DNA of 64,000 bases from Bacillota bacterium (GCA_050942825.1 JBMNOA010000003.1:12-64011), one strand, 5' to 3'. Positions 9,152-19,168 are shown, numbered from the stretch's first letter. Made by a program: numbers and translations. The notes: a model not told the origin generated them from the sequence alone.

Positions 9152-9626
9152 TATAACCTCCTTTTGTCAAAACTATGATGCTTATTTATTATATGTTAAA
9201 AATTTTCATTAAGTGATTTATTGGCACTGAGCATGGCGTATAAAGAAAAGTCTTTTGGGGAAAATTTGCCGGCACATTTGCTATAGCATCTAATCCAGAG
9301 CGTTTTTCCCAATAAAAACCGGATAATAATCTCTGGACTCTACCATTTCATGGTCCTGGTCAATACTACAGGTGCCAGCCGAAATTTAATATCTCTTAAA
9401 GCCTCTGTATTAACACCGTCGATGCCAAAATTATTATAGGCCTAAAATATCATCTTTTGTTTGTCCCGGTGGAAGCCTTGTTTTATATTAAATAAGTAGA
9501 GGTTTATTTATGTGAATAAATATGATATCATAAATATTTAAGAGGAAGTTTATGGTAGCAAATTTTTGAAGTGTTTTTTTGACCGGCAATAAAAAAAATT
9601 GTAGTTTTTTGTTAAAGGGGTGTGTG

Positions 9627-11306
9627 ATGAAAAAGGTCTTGCTGTTTATCTTGGTGATATTTATTGTAGGGATGGCTTTTTCTTTTACGGTGCAGGCGGC
9701 AAAGAATGATGAATCAAATACTATAAAAGTATTTTTTACCAGTGACGTTTATGCGCGAGTTACAGAAGCCAGAGACGAGCAGAACCAGCTTATGCAAATA
9801 GGCTATGCCCGGCTTGCAACCTTTATTGAGGATAATAGCCAGAATGCTTCAGGCACGCTTATTTTAGATGGAGGTAACGTTTTTCATGGCGCGCCTTTTG
9901 CTAATTTGGAAAAAGGCCAAAGCATAGCACAAATATTAAAGGCTGTCGGTTATGATGCAGTGGCTATTGGTAATCATGATTTGAGTTATGGTGGCGAGAG
10001 GCTCGATACTCTCGGCGAGCAAAGTAGGGCACAGATATTATCAGCGAATATCAAAGAAAATAACAAGAATCGTTATGGAAATAGTTTTATCAAAGAAATC
10101 GATGATATAAAAATAGGCGTCTTTGCTTTGTCCTCACCTCAATATGCTACAAAAGTAAATCCTGATTTAGTGGAGGCTTGGGATTTTGGGGACAGTGCAT
10201 CTATAATTAATGATGCTAAAATTATGACCGAGCAATTGCGTCAACAAGGTGCAGATATTATTATTGCACTTACTCATTTGGGCCTTGAGCCTAATGAATA
10301 CTTATCTGCCAATGACATAGCTCAGAATGTACCGCATATAGATTTTATTCTCGATGGCAATAATCAAGCCTCTTTTGATAATGGAGGATTTGTGGTGGAA
10401 AAAGGAGTTTTGATCATGGAAGTGGGACAAAATATGTCTAAAGTAGGCATGGTGACCATTACCCAAGATGATGATAAATTCCATTTTAGTCCGCAGGTTT
10501 TTGCCGCTGCTGATCTGGCTGAATATGATAATGATGAGGATATCGAAAAGCTGATCAAAGATATATCGGCTGCTCAGGAGCAGGTTTTGTCTACAGTGAT
10601 TGCTTCTACGCCTATTGATTTAGACGGAGAAAATTCCCATGTGCGCAGCCAGGATACCAATTTGGCCAGATTGATTGCCACCAGTTATAAACAAGCTGCC
10701 AATGCAGAAATTTCTTTGCTCAATGGAGGAGACATCAGACAATCTATAGCCAAGGGACCGATAACAAAAGGTGATATTCTTAATGTTTTGACTTTTGATA
10801 ACGTCCTGGTAACTAAAAAAATCAAAGGTAGTGCTATTATAGAGGCTTTAAATCATGGAATGGTTTATGGTCAAGGCTCTTTTCCCCATTTTGACGGTAT
10901 GGTTGTCCAGTATGAAAAAGTAGATGAAAACACCTTCGATGGCGAAAAAACAAGTCGTAGTAAAGTGCTTAATATATCAGTCAATGGCCAGATGTTGCAA
11001 GAAGATAGAGAATATCTCGTAGCCATGTCCAACTTTTTGGCGACAGGCGGCGATGGTTATACAATGTTAGCAGATCCCGAGATAGAACAACTGTTTGGAT
11101 CAACCACAGATGTTTTTATAGATTTCATTAGCCAGGCCAACGATGAATTGATACTTGAGATAGATCAAGATATACGTTTAACTACCGATAATCCTAATCA
11201 AGGTCAAGATTTTTCTCGTAAGCTTACTATCATAATATTGGTTTGCGTGGTTCTTATTATTATTTATTTGATATATATAAAAAGAAAAAGAAAAAGAATC
11301 TTTTGA
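9627..11306 (+). CDS. bifunctional metallophosphatase/5'-nucleotidase, signal peptide plus C-terminal TM anchor and KRKRKRIF tail
   Basis: Calcineurin-like metallophosphatase motifs (GNHDL, LTHLG) and a C-terminal 5'-nucleotidase domain. Probable start is the ATG at 9627 (MKKVLLFILV). Confidence 0.85.
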   Translation: MKKVLLFILVIFIVGMAFSFTVQAAKNDESNTIKVFFTSDVYARVTEARDEQNQLMQIGYARLATFIEDNSQNASGTLILDGGNVFHGAPFANLEKGQSIAQILKAVGYDAVAIGNHDLSYGGERLDTLGEQSRAQILSANIKENNKNRYGNSFIKEIDDIKIGVFALSSPQYATKVNPDLVEAWDFGDSASIINDAKIMTEQLRQQGADIIIALTHLGLEPNEYLSANDIAQNVPHIDFILDGNNQASFDNGGFVVEKGVLIMEVGQNMSKVGMVTITQDDDKFHFSPQVFAAADLAEYDNDEDIEKLIKDISAAQEQVLSTVIASTPIDLDGENSHVRSQDTNLARLIATSYKQAANAEISLLNGGDIRQSIAKGPITKGDILNVLTFDNVLVTKKIKGSAIIEALNHGMVYGQGSFPHFDGMVVQYEKVDENTFDGEKTSRSKVLNISVNGQMLQEDREYLVAMSNFLATGGDGYTMLADPEIEQLFGSTTDVFIDFISQANDELILEIDQDIRLTTDNPNQGQDFSRKLTIIILVCVVLIIIYLIYIKRKRKRIF

Positions 11307-11319
11307 TAGATCTTAATTG

Positions 11320-11351
11320 TTGCCTAAATTTATTTAGGCAATAATTTTTTT
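11320..11351 (+). terminator. rho-independent terminator after the nucleotidase gene
   Basis: ttgcctaaat-ttat-ttaggcaa followed by taattttttt. Confidence 0.7.
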
Positions 11352-11355
11352 GTAT

Positions 11356-11381
11356 AAAAAAACCACCCGCTATGCGAGTGG
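11356..11381 (-). terminator. rho-independent terminator after cheW (minus strand)
   Basis: ccactcgc-atagc-gggtgg followed by a T7 run on the minus strand. Confidence 0.7.
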
Positions 11382-11505
11382 AGAAAGAAAAAATATTAAA
11401 AAAACATTCCTCATTGGTTCTTCAATGTTGATAAGCGATTTTTTATACTCTATAGGAATAACTAAATATGTTAACTGTTTTTCACATTAGTTTGCTGAAT
11501 TTGGG

Positions 11506-12036
11506 CTATTGTGCTGAAGCGGTATCTCCTTGGATATGGAGATCCTCTTTAATATCGTCAGCTAAAAGTTTATCACAATCCAAAATCAATTTTACTTCGG
11601 AGCCTTTTTTACCGATGCTTTTGAGGAATTTGTTTTGGGAGCTTTGATGAAAATTCGGCGGAGGAACTAAGTCTTCATCCCCGATATTGACAACCTCTGT
11701 TACCTGGTCAACAATCAAGCCAAGAGGATTTTCATTGATATCAGTGACAATTATGCAAGTACGGTCATCATATTCTTTGGACAGCATGTTAAAGCGCAAC
11801 CTAACATCCATCACCGGTATTATTCTACCTCGGAGATTGATAATACCTTTTATATAACACGGTAGATCTGGCATGGGGGTAATGCTTTGGAGACCGATTA
11901 TCTCTGTAACATATCTGACCTCCACACCATAGCTTTCTTTTTCTAATTGAAAAGTCAAAAATTTTCCTTTTTGAGTATCCTCTTCATGATGCAGATCATT
12001 TTGATTAATTATTGTTTCCTTCTCGCGATCTTGCAA
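11506..12036 (-). CDS. cheW: chemotaxis coupling protein CheW
   Basis: CheW-domain similarity across the ORF (FLTFQLEKESYGVEVRYVTEI...IKGIINLRGRIIPVMDVR). Confidence 0.88.
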   Translation of the reverse strand: MQDREKETIINQNDLHHEEDTQKGKFLTFQLEKESYGVEVRYVTEIIGLQSITPMPDLPCYIKGIINLRGRIIPVMDVRLRFNMLSKEYDDRTCIIVTDINENPLGLIVDQVTEVVNIGDEDLVPPPNFHQSSQNKFLKSIGKKGSEVKLILDCDKLLADDIKEDLHIQGDTASAQ

Positions 12037-12340
12037 AATAATACATCTCCTTCCCTGTTTAAGTAATAATTATAACCCCGTTACTGCCTTATAAAGAGTC
12101 TGTTAAGAAATTATCGGAGTTTTTCTTTGAGAAACCCGGATTTTAATAAGCTTTTTAATAAAGTATATTTCATATATTACATCGATATTTACCAATAAAA
12201 ATTAAGATTTTACTTATATTTATTAGAATTATCTATTGCCTTTTAGAACTGATTTATTATATAGCAGAGAGTTATTCGTTTGTGTATTATATCCGGAGGC
12301 TGCCCAAATATATTTAAGGCAGTCTTTAGTAATATCTCTA

Positions 12341-13381
12341 TTATTCGGTCTTTTCTTTAAGGATTTGCATAAGGGCACTGGGTATAGAAGCCAGACTTAC
12401 TTGGCGTTCTACTGCAGCTATTTCATAGGCGATTTTGGGCATACCGTAAACCACGGAGCTTTTTTCGTCCTGCCCTAGGGTGCGAGCACCATTTTGTCTC
12501 ATAGCAAGTAATCCTTTAGCGCCGTCTTTTCCCATGCCGGTCAAGATTATGCCGATAGCATCTTTTCCGGCCCATTTAGCCACGGAATAAAAGAGCATGT
12601 CCACAGAAGGGCAATGTCCATTAACCTTTTCTCCACTTTTACATTCCACTTTATAACGTGAACCCAATTTCCTTAAAGTCATATGCTTATTACCAGGAGC
12701 CAACAAAACCCGACCTGGCTCCACATAATCACCTTCCTGAGCTTCCTTGACGGATAGTTCCAGCTGTTTATCTAATCTTTCCGCAAACATGGTGGAAAAC
12801 CCCGGAGGAATATGCTGCACGATTACTATTCCTGGAACCCTGGCGGGTAATCCTTTTAAAACACTGAAAATAGCTTCAGTGCCTCCGGTGGAAGCGCCTA
12901 TGGCAATAATTTTTTTATTAAGTACTTCCGGTATTAATAGATTAGTATCTTTTGATACCGGAAGTTTTTTACCTTTACTAATATTAGCTCTAAAGGCAAC
13001 CTTTATTTTATGCGTAATGTCCTCAATAAAAGCTTCTCTGCAGGATAGAGAATTGACGGTCGGTTTGGCTACAAAATCTACTGCTCCTGCATTTAAAGCA
13101 TCGAACACAGCCTCGCTAATAGAACTGACTACAATTACCGGCAGAGAATATTGAGGAATTAGTCTCTTTATGAATTCTATTCCATTCATCTTAGGCATTT
13201 GGATATCACAAGTCATTACATCGGGATTAAATTCAATAATCTTGTCTCTGGCCTCATAGGCATCTTTGGCTCGTGCCACAACCTCGATTTGTGGGTCTGT
13301 GCTTATTCCCCGGGCCAAAATTTCCCGCAAAAGGGGGCTGTCATCTACTATTAATACCCTTATTTTCTTTGCAACTGCCAC
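12341..13381 (-). CDS. cheB: chemotaxis response regulator protein-glutamate methylesterase CheB
   Basis: Receiver domain (VLIVDDS...DIQMP) plus methylesterase domain (IAIGASTGGTEA...GMGKDGAKG). Confidence 0.92.
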   Translation of the reverse strand: MAVAKKIRVLIVDDSPLLREILARGISTDPQIEVVARAKDAYEARDKIIEFNPDVMTCDIQMPKMNGIEFIKRLIPQYSLPVIVVSSISEAVFDALNAGAVDFVAKPTVNSLSCREAFIEDITHKIKVAFRANISKGKKLPVSKDTNLLIPEVLNKKIIAIGASTGGTEAIFSVLKGLPARVPGIVIVQHIPPGFSTMFAERLDKQLELSVKEAQEGDYVEPGRVLLAPGNKHMTLRKLGSRYKVECKSGEKVNGHCPSVDMLFYSVAKWAGKDAIGIILTGMGKDGAKGLLAMRQNGARTLGQDEKSSVVYGMPKIAYEIAAVERQVSLASIPSALMQILKEKTE

Positions 13382-13406
13382 AACTAATCACCTCGTGATA
13401 TTAGAG

Positions 13407-14255
13407 CTATATCTTACGGTATACTGCAGGCATAATGTAGGAATAATTGCTATCATTCCTAGCGATGGACTCTGAATGTCCGATAAACAAATATCCACCG
13501 TGAGCAGTAATATCATAAAATTTCCTGATTAATTCCATCTTATCTTTATTATCAAAATAGATCATCACATTACGACAAAAAATAATATGAAATGGTTTTT
13601 TAAATTCAAATTTGTCAGTAATTAAATTAAGTTTGCGAAATATAACTTCTTTTTTAATACGGTCAATGACCTCGTATTTATGGCTGGCCAACTTTTTGAA
13701 ATAATTAAGTTTCCAGATAGGTGGTAATGGAGCTAACTGTTTTTGATCATAGATGCCATCCTTGGCCGTAGTTAGCGCACCAACAGAGATATCTGTTGCC
13801 AGAATCTTTTTATCCCACCAATTTTTATCCTTAAAATATTCATCTAAAATAAAGGAGAGTGTGTAAGCTTCCTCTCCTGTGGAACAGCCGGCACTCCAAA
13901 TACGAAGATCCCGGTCTTTGATGGTATTCTCTAAATAGGGCAAGACGGCATTTTGTAAATAATGGAAGTGTTCTATTTCCCGCATAAAGTAGGTATAATT
14001 GGTAGCTATCCTGTCTATTAGGGAGACTGCTGCCTTACCGGTTTGGTCTTTTATTACATAATCGTAATATTCGGAAAAACTAGTGAATTTGTTATTTTCC
14101 AGGATATTACTAAGTCTGCCGGTCAAAAGCGCCTGCTTCTCTGGCTTTAAATAAATGCCAAAATTATTTTTTATATAATCAGCAAGCTGTTTGAATTCAG
14201 CTTCAGTTATTGGCAACATAATACTCATCCCTTTAACTCTATTATTACTTGCCAT
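13407..14255 (-). CDS. cheR: chemotaxis protein methyltransferase CheR (start may be the internal Met at 14228)
   Basis: CheR N-terminal and SAM-dependent methyltransferase domains (IWSAGCSTGEEAYTL). Confidence 0.9.
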   Translation of the reverse strand: MASNNRVKGMSIMLPITEAEFKQLADYIKNNFGIYLKPEKQALLTGRLSNILENNKFTSFSEYYDYVIKDQTGKAAVSLIDRIATNYTYFMREIEHFHYLQNAVLPYLENTIKDRDLRIWSAGCSTGEEAYTLSFILDEYFKDKNWWDKKILATDISVGALTTAKDGIYDQKQLAPLPPIWKLNYFKKLASHKYEVIDRIKKEVIFRKLNLITDKFEFKKPFHIIFCRNVMIYFDNKDKMELIRKFYDITAHGGYLFIGHSESIARNDSNYSYIMPAVYRKI

Positions 14256-14262
14256 TTATAGC

Positions 14263-16308
14263 TTAAAAGTTGGCAGCATCTAATATCAAGCTAATACTGC
14301 CGTTGCCTAAAAGAGTACATCCGGAAAGACCCTTGACTCTTTTTATATAATAAGGTAGTGCTTTGACAACAACCTCTTGTTGACCGATCAGCTCATCTAC
14401 AAAGAGGCAGAGCGATTTTTCATTATTTTCCACCATAATCAAAATGCCGTCATCTAGCACTTTACTATCGGGTTCTATATTAAATAGCTCATATAAACGG
14501 ACGATGGGATAGCAATTTCCCCGCACCATAATAAGTTCGTGGCCGTCAGGATCATGGATGATGTCGTCATCACTTGCTCTGAAAGATTCCCGAATATCAG
14601 TAATAGGCATGGTATACATAGAGTTGCCTACCCTAAGATTCATACCTTCGATAATAGCCAAAGTTATGGGTAAGCGCAGGGTAATAGTGGTACCTTTGCC
14701 AACAGAGCTTTCCACCGATACTCTGCCGCCGATACCTTCAATATTGCTGGCTACTACATCCATGCCGACGCCTCGTCCTGAATATTCTGTTACCTGTGAA
14801 TTGGTCGAAAAGCCGGGTAAAAAGATGAGAGAATAAATATCTCGATCGCTCATTTCCTTGATGTCTTTGGTCAAGAGACCTTTTTTAGCAGCGCTCGCTA
14901 AAAGCTTGTTCTTATCTATTCCTTTGCCATCATCGCGCACGCTAATAAGAACCTCTCTTCCTTCATTGCGGGCCGATAAGGTTATCATTCCTTGACGGGG
15001 CTTGCCGGCAGCTTCCCGTTCCTGGGTAGATTCTATACCATGATCCAGAGCATTGCGGATCAGATGCATCAAGGGATCAGAAATATGCTCGATGATGTTT
15101 TTATCTACTTCCGTATCTTCTCCCACCATTTTTAGTATTACTTCTTTATTAAGCTTTTTGCTCATATCCCTGACAATTCGTTTATTCTTTTGGAAAACCG
15201 TAGTCAAAGGGATCATGCGTATAGACATAATCACATCCTGCATTTCGCTTGTGATCTTCTTCAATTGCTGCGCTGCCTTATTAAAATTATCCAGCACCAG
15301 ATCGTTCAAATCCGGGTTATGAATAACCATAGCTTGCGCAATAACCATTTCGCCAATCAGATTCATAAGCTGGTCTAATTTATTGACATTTACGCTGATC
15401 ATAGTTGTTACTGGCGTATGATTGGCAACTACTTGCCGATTCTGAGGGGTAATTCCTTTATCATTTTTTGGGGAATCTGCTTTATGTTTGATGGATTGAG
15501 TTGGCTGGTTTACTATTTCTAGCTGCAAATTCCGTAAAAGTGGCGTATGCATAAAGAAATCCTGCATTTGTTCATAGCTTTTATCGGTATAAAAATCAAT
15601 TGTCAGGCCCTGTTCTTGAATAATAGTAGTGCTATTTTCGCTATCTATAAGATCCTCGGGAGAGTGGGTGATATGATAAACAAATTCCTGAAGCTGGCAA
15701 ATTACACCAAGAGCGCGGAGACTTTCCATTTGACAACCTTCTTCAAAAAACAGCTTTGCCCTATAGTAATTGCCATCTTTGCTCCCGCCTTGGAGATCGT
15801 TTTTTTCTTTTTTACCAGGGGAGGGAATGGTTTCTTCATCTTCACCGAGAATTTTTTCTTCGCATGTTATATTTAAGTTTTGTTCACAATTTTTTTTAAG
15901 AGACTGCAGATATGCGGATATCTTATCCGTAATGATTTTTTCATTACCATCAGGTGGTAATCCCGCTTTGATTTTTTCCATCTCGCTTTTCATAAAATCT
16001 ATGCTTTCCAGTACCAAATCAGAAATTAACGAATAATCATAATGCTGTCCGTTATTTTCCCGAATAATGGAAAACATATCCTCCACATAATGGGCTAGAA
16101 CAGATAGATTGTTAAGAACCATCATAGCGGAGGATCCTTTGATTGTATGTACAATGCGAAAAATTTCGTTAAGAGCCTCTTGGGTATATTCACTTAGTTG
16201 TTCATTTTCCAAAGTAATTTCTTCCAATTGCCTGATATTCTGATCAGTTTCAAAAATGAAAATATCCAGCAAAGAATCATTGGTATATTCTTCCGACAAC
16301 TCACTCAC
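14263..16308 (-). CDS. cheA: chemotaxis histidine kinase CheA
   Basis: Hpt motif HTIKGSSAMM, HATPase region (GxGxG) and a C-terminal CheW-like domain. 681 aa. Confidence 0.93.
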   Translation of the reverse strand: MSELSEEYTNDSLLDIFIFETDQNIRQLEEITLENEQLSEYTQEALNEIFRIVHTIKGSSAMMVLNNLSVLAHYVEDMFSIIRENNGQHYDYSLISDLVLESIDFMKSEMEKIKAGLPPDGNEKIITDKISAYLQSLKKNCEQNLNITCEEKILGEDEETIPSPGKKEKNDLQGGSKDGNYYRAKLFFEEGCQMESLRALGVICQLQEFVYHITHSPEDLIDSENSTTIIQEQGLTIDFYTDKSYEQMQDFFMHTPLLRNLQLEIVNQPTQSIKHKADSPKNDKGITPQNRQVVANHTPVTTMISVNVNKLDQLMNLIGEMVIAQAMVIHNPDLNDLVLDNFNKAAQQLKKITSEMQDVIMSIRMIPLTTVFQKNKRIVRDMSKKLNKEVILKMVGEDTEVDKNIIEHISDPLMHLIRNALDHGIESTQEREAAGKPRQGMITLSARNEGREVLISVRDDGKGIDKNKLLASAAKKGLLTKDIKEMSDRDIYSLIFLPGFSTNSQVTEYSGRGVGMDVVASNIEGIGGRVSVESSVGKGTTITLRLPITLAIIEGMNLRVGNSMYTMPITDIRESFRASDDDIIHDPDGHELIMVRGNCYPIVRLYELFNIEPDSKVLDDGILIMVENNEKSLCLFVDELIGQQEVVVKALPYYIKRVKGLSGCTLLGNGSISLILDAANF

Positions 16309-16325
16309 ATCCTTTAGCTATTGCC

Positions 16326-16697
16326 TTAATTGTCGGCAACGCTTTTTAAAGTTTGTACCATATGATCTTCTTTATATGGCTTGACAATGAAGGATTTGGC
16401 CCCATATAAAATTGCTTCTCTTACCAAGGTTTCCTGGCCCATGGCAGATACCATTACTACTTTAGCGTTAGGATCTATTTGACGGATCTGTTTCAAAGCA
16501 TCGATACCTGTCATTTCAGGCATGGTAATATCCATAGTAACGATATCCGGGCGGCATTCCTTATATTTGGATAGAGCTACTAATCCATTTTCTGCTTCGC
16601 CCACGATTTCAAAGCCGTTTTTTTCCAAGACTTTTCTAACGGCCATTCTCATAAAAGCTGCATCATCAACTATTAATACCTTAATCAAGGCGGACAC
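16326..16697 (-). CDS. cheY: chemotaxis response regulator CheY
   Basis: 123-aa single receiver domain (VLIVDDAAFMR...DIVTMDITMP...KPY). Confidence 0.9.
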   Translation of the reverse strand: MSALIKVLIVDDAAFMRMAVRKVLEKNGFEIVGEAENGLVALSKYKECRPDIVTMDITMPEMTGIDALKQIRQIDPNAKVVMVSAMGQETLVREAILYGAKSFIVKPYKEDHMVQTLKSVADN

Positions 16698-16729
16698 CTC
16701 TCACCAATATTATTTTATAAAACTAGGGT

Positions 16730-17803
16730 TTATTTATATGATATACCTACGATAGTTACGTCTAACATATTTAAATCTGTTGCAAGATCACAATAGATCG
16801 GGATGCTTGAATCTGAAATAATTTTTATTTTAGGTCGTAGACCGCTTTGAGGATGATTCTCTATTACTATGCCTTCGAGACCGTTGCTAAGTATAACATG
16901 TGTACCTATTGGATAAGGGGAGATCTTTTGCAGGAAGGTATTGACAACGTGAGGATCAAAATGAGTATAACAATTGCCAATAATATATTCCATGGCCTCA
17001 GAAGGGAGAAGTGCTTCTCGATAGGGCCTATCGGAAGTCAGAGCATCATAGACATCGGCAACTGCTACAATCCTACCAAAGCGGGGGATCGACAAACCCA
17101 TAGAGCTATTAGGATAACCACTGCCATCAAATTTTTCATGATGAGAAAGCACAGCCACACATGATTCAACGGGGATTTCCCATTTTGAGATAAGATATTT
17201 ATATCCTTTATTAGCATGGCTCTTTATCAATAAAAACTCATTATCGGTAAGGGGTTCTTGCTTATCCAAGATGTTTTTAGGCAAAAATATCTTACCAATG
17301 TCATGAAGCATGGCCCCCAATCCTAAAAGGCGGAGTTCCTCACGCTTTAAATTTATAGCCATACCAAGTAAAAGAGAGATGACTGTTACATTCACTGAAT
17401 GATAATAAGTATAATCATCAAAAATCTTTAAGTCAGTCATGCTAGAGGAGGCATAAGGGGAAACGGCTATATCCTGAATCATTTCATCCACCACATCCTT
17501 AATGCCCGCTAAGGCTTCCCGACTCATCATCATATTGTTAGATCTGACGCTGGAGAAAAAGTCTTTAAGAGAACGAACAGCTGTGTTCCGCAAAGCCTGG
17601 CTGATGCTTTCTTCTTCAAGAACCATTTCTTCTATGAGGCTGTCCTGGATATACACTCCCCGATAATGCTTATCATTGATTATGCGTATACTTCGCTCAG
17701 TAAGTGACTGTCCGGCAGAAAGTAGCAGTTTATTATCAGCATCGAATAAATCCCTATTCAAAACCATTCCGGGGCGAAGATATTTTGATGGTATAAATCT
17801 CAT
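16730..17803 (-). CDS. HD-GYP domain c-di-GMP phosphodiesterase-type protein
   Basis: HDIGK and HHEKFDGSGYP motifs. The start is taken at M37 (MRFIPSKYL, 17803) because the longer ORF start lies inside the flagellin terminator hairpin. Confidence 0.8.
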   Translation of the reverse strand: MRFIPSKYLRPGMVLNRDLFDADNKLLLSAGQSLTERSIRIINDKHYRGVYIQDSLIEEMVLEEESISQALRNTAVRSLKDFFSSVRSNNMMMSREALAGIKDVVDEMIQDIAVSPYASSSMTDLKIFDDYTYYHSVNVTVISLLLGMAINLKREELRLLGLGAMLHDIGKIFLPKNILDKQEPLTDNEFLLIKSHANKGYKYLISKWEIPVESCVAVLSHHEKFDGSGYPNSSMGLSIPRFGRIVAVADVYDALTSDRPYREALLPSEAMEYIIGNCYTHFDPHVVNTFLQKISPYPIGTHVILSNGLEGIVIENHPQSGLRPKIKIISDSSIPIYCDLATDLNMLDVTIVGISYK

Positions 17804-17854
17804 ATCATCACTCTTATTTTTATTAATAATAAAGTCTTTAATTGTCTCAAGTGC

Positions 17855-17916
17855 AAAAATTGTATAATTTAAGTTGTGCCAAAGGTATTTTAAACAATAG
17901 ACCTTTGGCACAACTT
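17855..17916 (-). terminator. rho-independent terminator downstream of the flagellin gene
   Basis: 16-bp perfect inverted repeat aagttgtgccaaaggt...acctttggcacaactt, followed on the minus strand by a T-rich tract. Confidence 0.7.
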
Positions 17917-17946
17917 GTAAGACCCTATAAAGCTAAAACCATCCCA

Positions 17947-19068
17947 CTATTTTAGAAGTTGTAATACACCTTGCGGTTGAGCATTAGCTTGAGCCAACAT
18001 AGATTGAGCAGCTTGTAGCAAGATGTTATTCTTAGTGAATTCAACCATTTCTTGAGCCATATCAACGTCACGGATACGGCTTTCGGCAGCTTGTAAGTTT
18101 TCGGAAGAGGTGTTAAGATTATTGATTTTATGTTCCAGTCTGTTTTGGATAGCACCCAATTTTGCACGTTCTCCGGAGACTGTGTTAATAGCATCAGTTA
18201 TCGTTTCAATGGCATTTGAGGCACCGATTTGAGTACTGATATTGGCGCCGCTGATACCGAGTGTTGTAGAATCCATGGCGGATATGGAAACTGACAGGGT
18301 TTCGCCATTATTAGCTCCGGTTTGAATAACTAGACCCTGGGCAGATGGATCAGCTTCCATCACGATATTTTTGCCGTTAAGTCCTTTCGCTGCATAATCT
18401 ACTCCCAGCTGAATGGTAAGACCAAGTTCCTCTACGTTGATGGTTTGTGCCCCCGCCGCAGGAGATGCCAGTGTAAAAACGGCATCGGCATTAGTACCGT
18501 CACTTTTTCTGGTGACGGTAAGTGCGCTACCGTCATCGGCAAATTCGTAAATACAGCCAGCCGGGCCTTCAGCTTGCATGCCAATAACTCCATCCGAACC
18601 AGCTTTCAGGGTTGATGTGGCAATATCTATTGTGGTACCAGCTTGATTTAAACTACCGTTAAGCAATTTTTTGTTGTTGAATTTGGTTTGATCAGCGATG
18701 TCATTGATTTCTGATTTTAACTGGTCAAACTCAGCTTGCAAGGCGTCGCGGTCAATTGTTTCATTGGTATCGGAAGAAGATTGTACGGCCAGCTCATTCA
18801 TTCTTTGCAGAATGGCATGTGTTTCAGTCAAGGCGCCTTCTGCGGTTTGTACGAGAGATATAGCATCTTGACTGTTTTTGGAGGCCATTTCAATACCACG
18901 GATCTGAGCCCGCATTTTTTCGGAAATTGCCAGACCGGCAGCATCATCCCCGGCTCTATTAATTCTGAGTCCTGATGATAATTTTTCCATAGATTTGTTG
19001 GCAGAATTAGTATTGGCTGTATACTGCCTAAAAGTGTTTAAAGCAGAGATATTGTTATTAATACGCAT
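17947..19068 (-). CDS. fliC: flagellin
   Basis: MRINNNISALNTFRQ... N-terminal D0/D1 and C-terminal ...LLQAAQSMLAQANAQPQGVLQLLK. Start taken at M17 of the ORF (ATG at 19068), preceded by AAGGAGGAAAAAAC. Confidence 0.93.
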   Translation of the reverse strand: MRINNNISALNTFRQYTANTNSANKSMEKLSSGLRINRAGDDAAGLAISEKMRAQIRGIEMASKNSQDAISLVQTAEGALTETHAILQRMNELAVQSSSDTNETIDRDALQAEFDQLKSEINDIADQTKFNNKKLLNGSLNQAGTTIDIATSTLKAGSDGVIGMQAEGPAGCIYEFADDGSALTVTRKSDGTNADAVFTLASPAAGAQTINVEELGLTIQLGVDYAAKGLNGKNIVMEADPSAQGLVIQTGANNGETLSVSISAMDSTTLGISGANISTQIGASNAIETITDAINTVSGERAKLGAIQNRLEHKINNLNTSSENLQAAESRIRDVDMAQEMVEFTKNNILLQAAQSMLAQANAQPQGVLQLLK

Positions 19069-19165
19069 GTTTTTTCCTCCTTGAATTTTTTTTGGAAATC
19101 CTTTTCCTTTAAACAAATCCGCTCGTACGCAGCGGATTTGTTTTATGAGGAGTATGTCCTCATCT
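19069..19165 (-). promoter_or_regulatory. flagellin 5' leader with hairpins and repeated GGA motifs (candidate CsrA-binding sites, one overlapping the SD)
   Basis: On the minus strand: hairpin aaacaaatccgctgcgtacgagcggatttgttt, then aaaggaaaaggatttcc, then caaggaggaaaaaacATG. fliW and csrA lie immediately upstream. Confidence 0.5.
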
Positions 19166-19168
19166 AAT

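Noticed and set aside
9152-9578. 430-bp gap upstream of the nucleotidase gene; checked for a riboswitch or hidden gene
   Set aside because: No ORF of 60 aa or more. The best minus-strand frame is preceded by an in-frame TAG and lacks a start codon. No recognisable riboswitch core sequences are present. Kept only as a possible decayed remnant.
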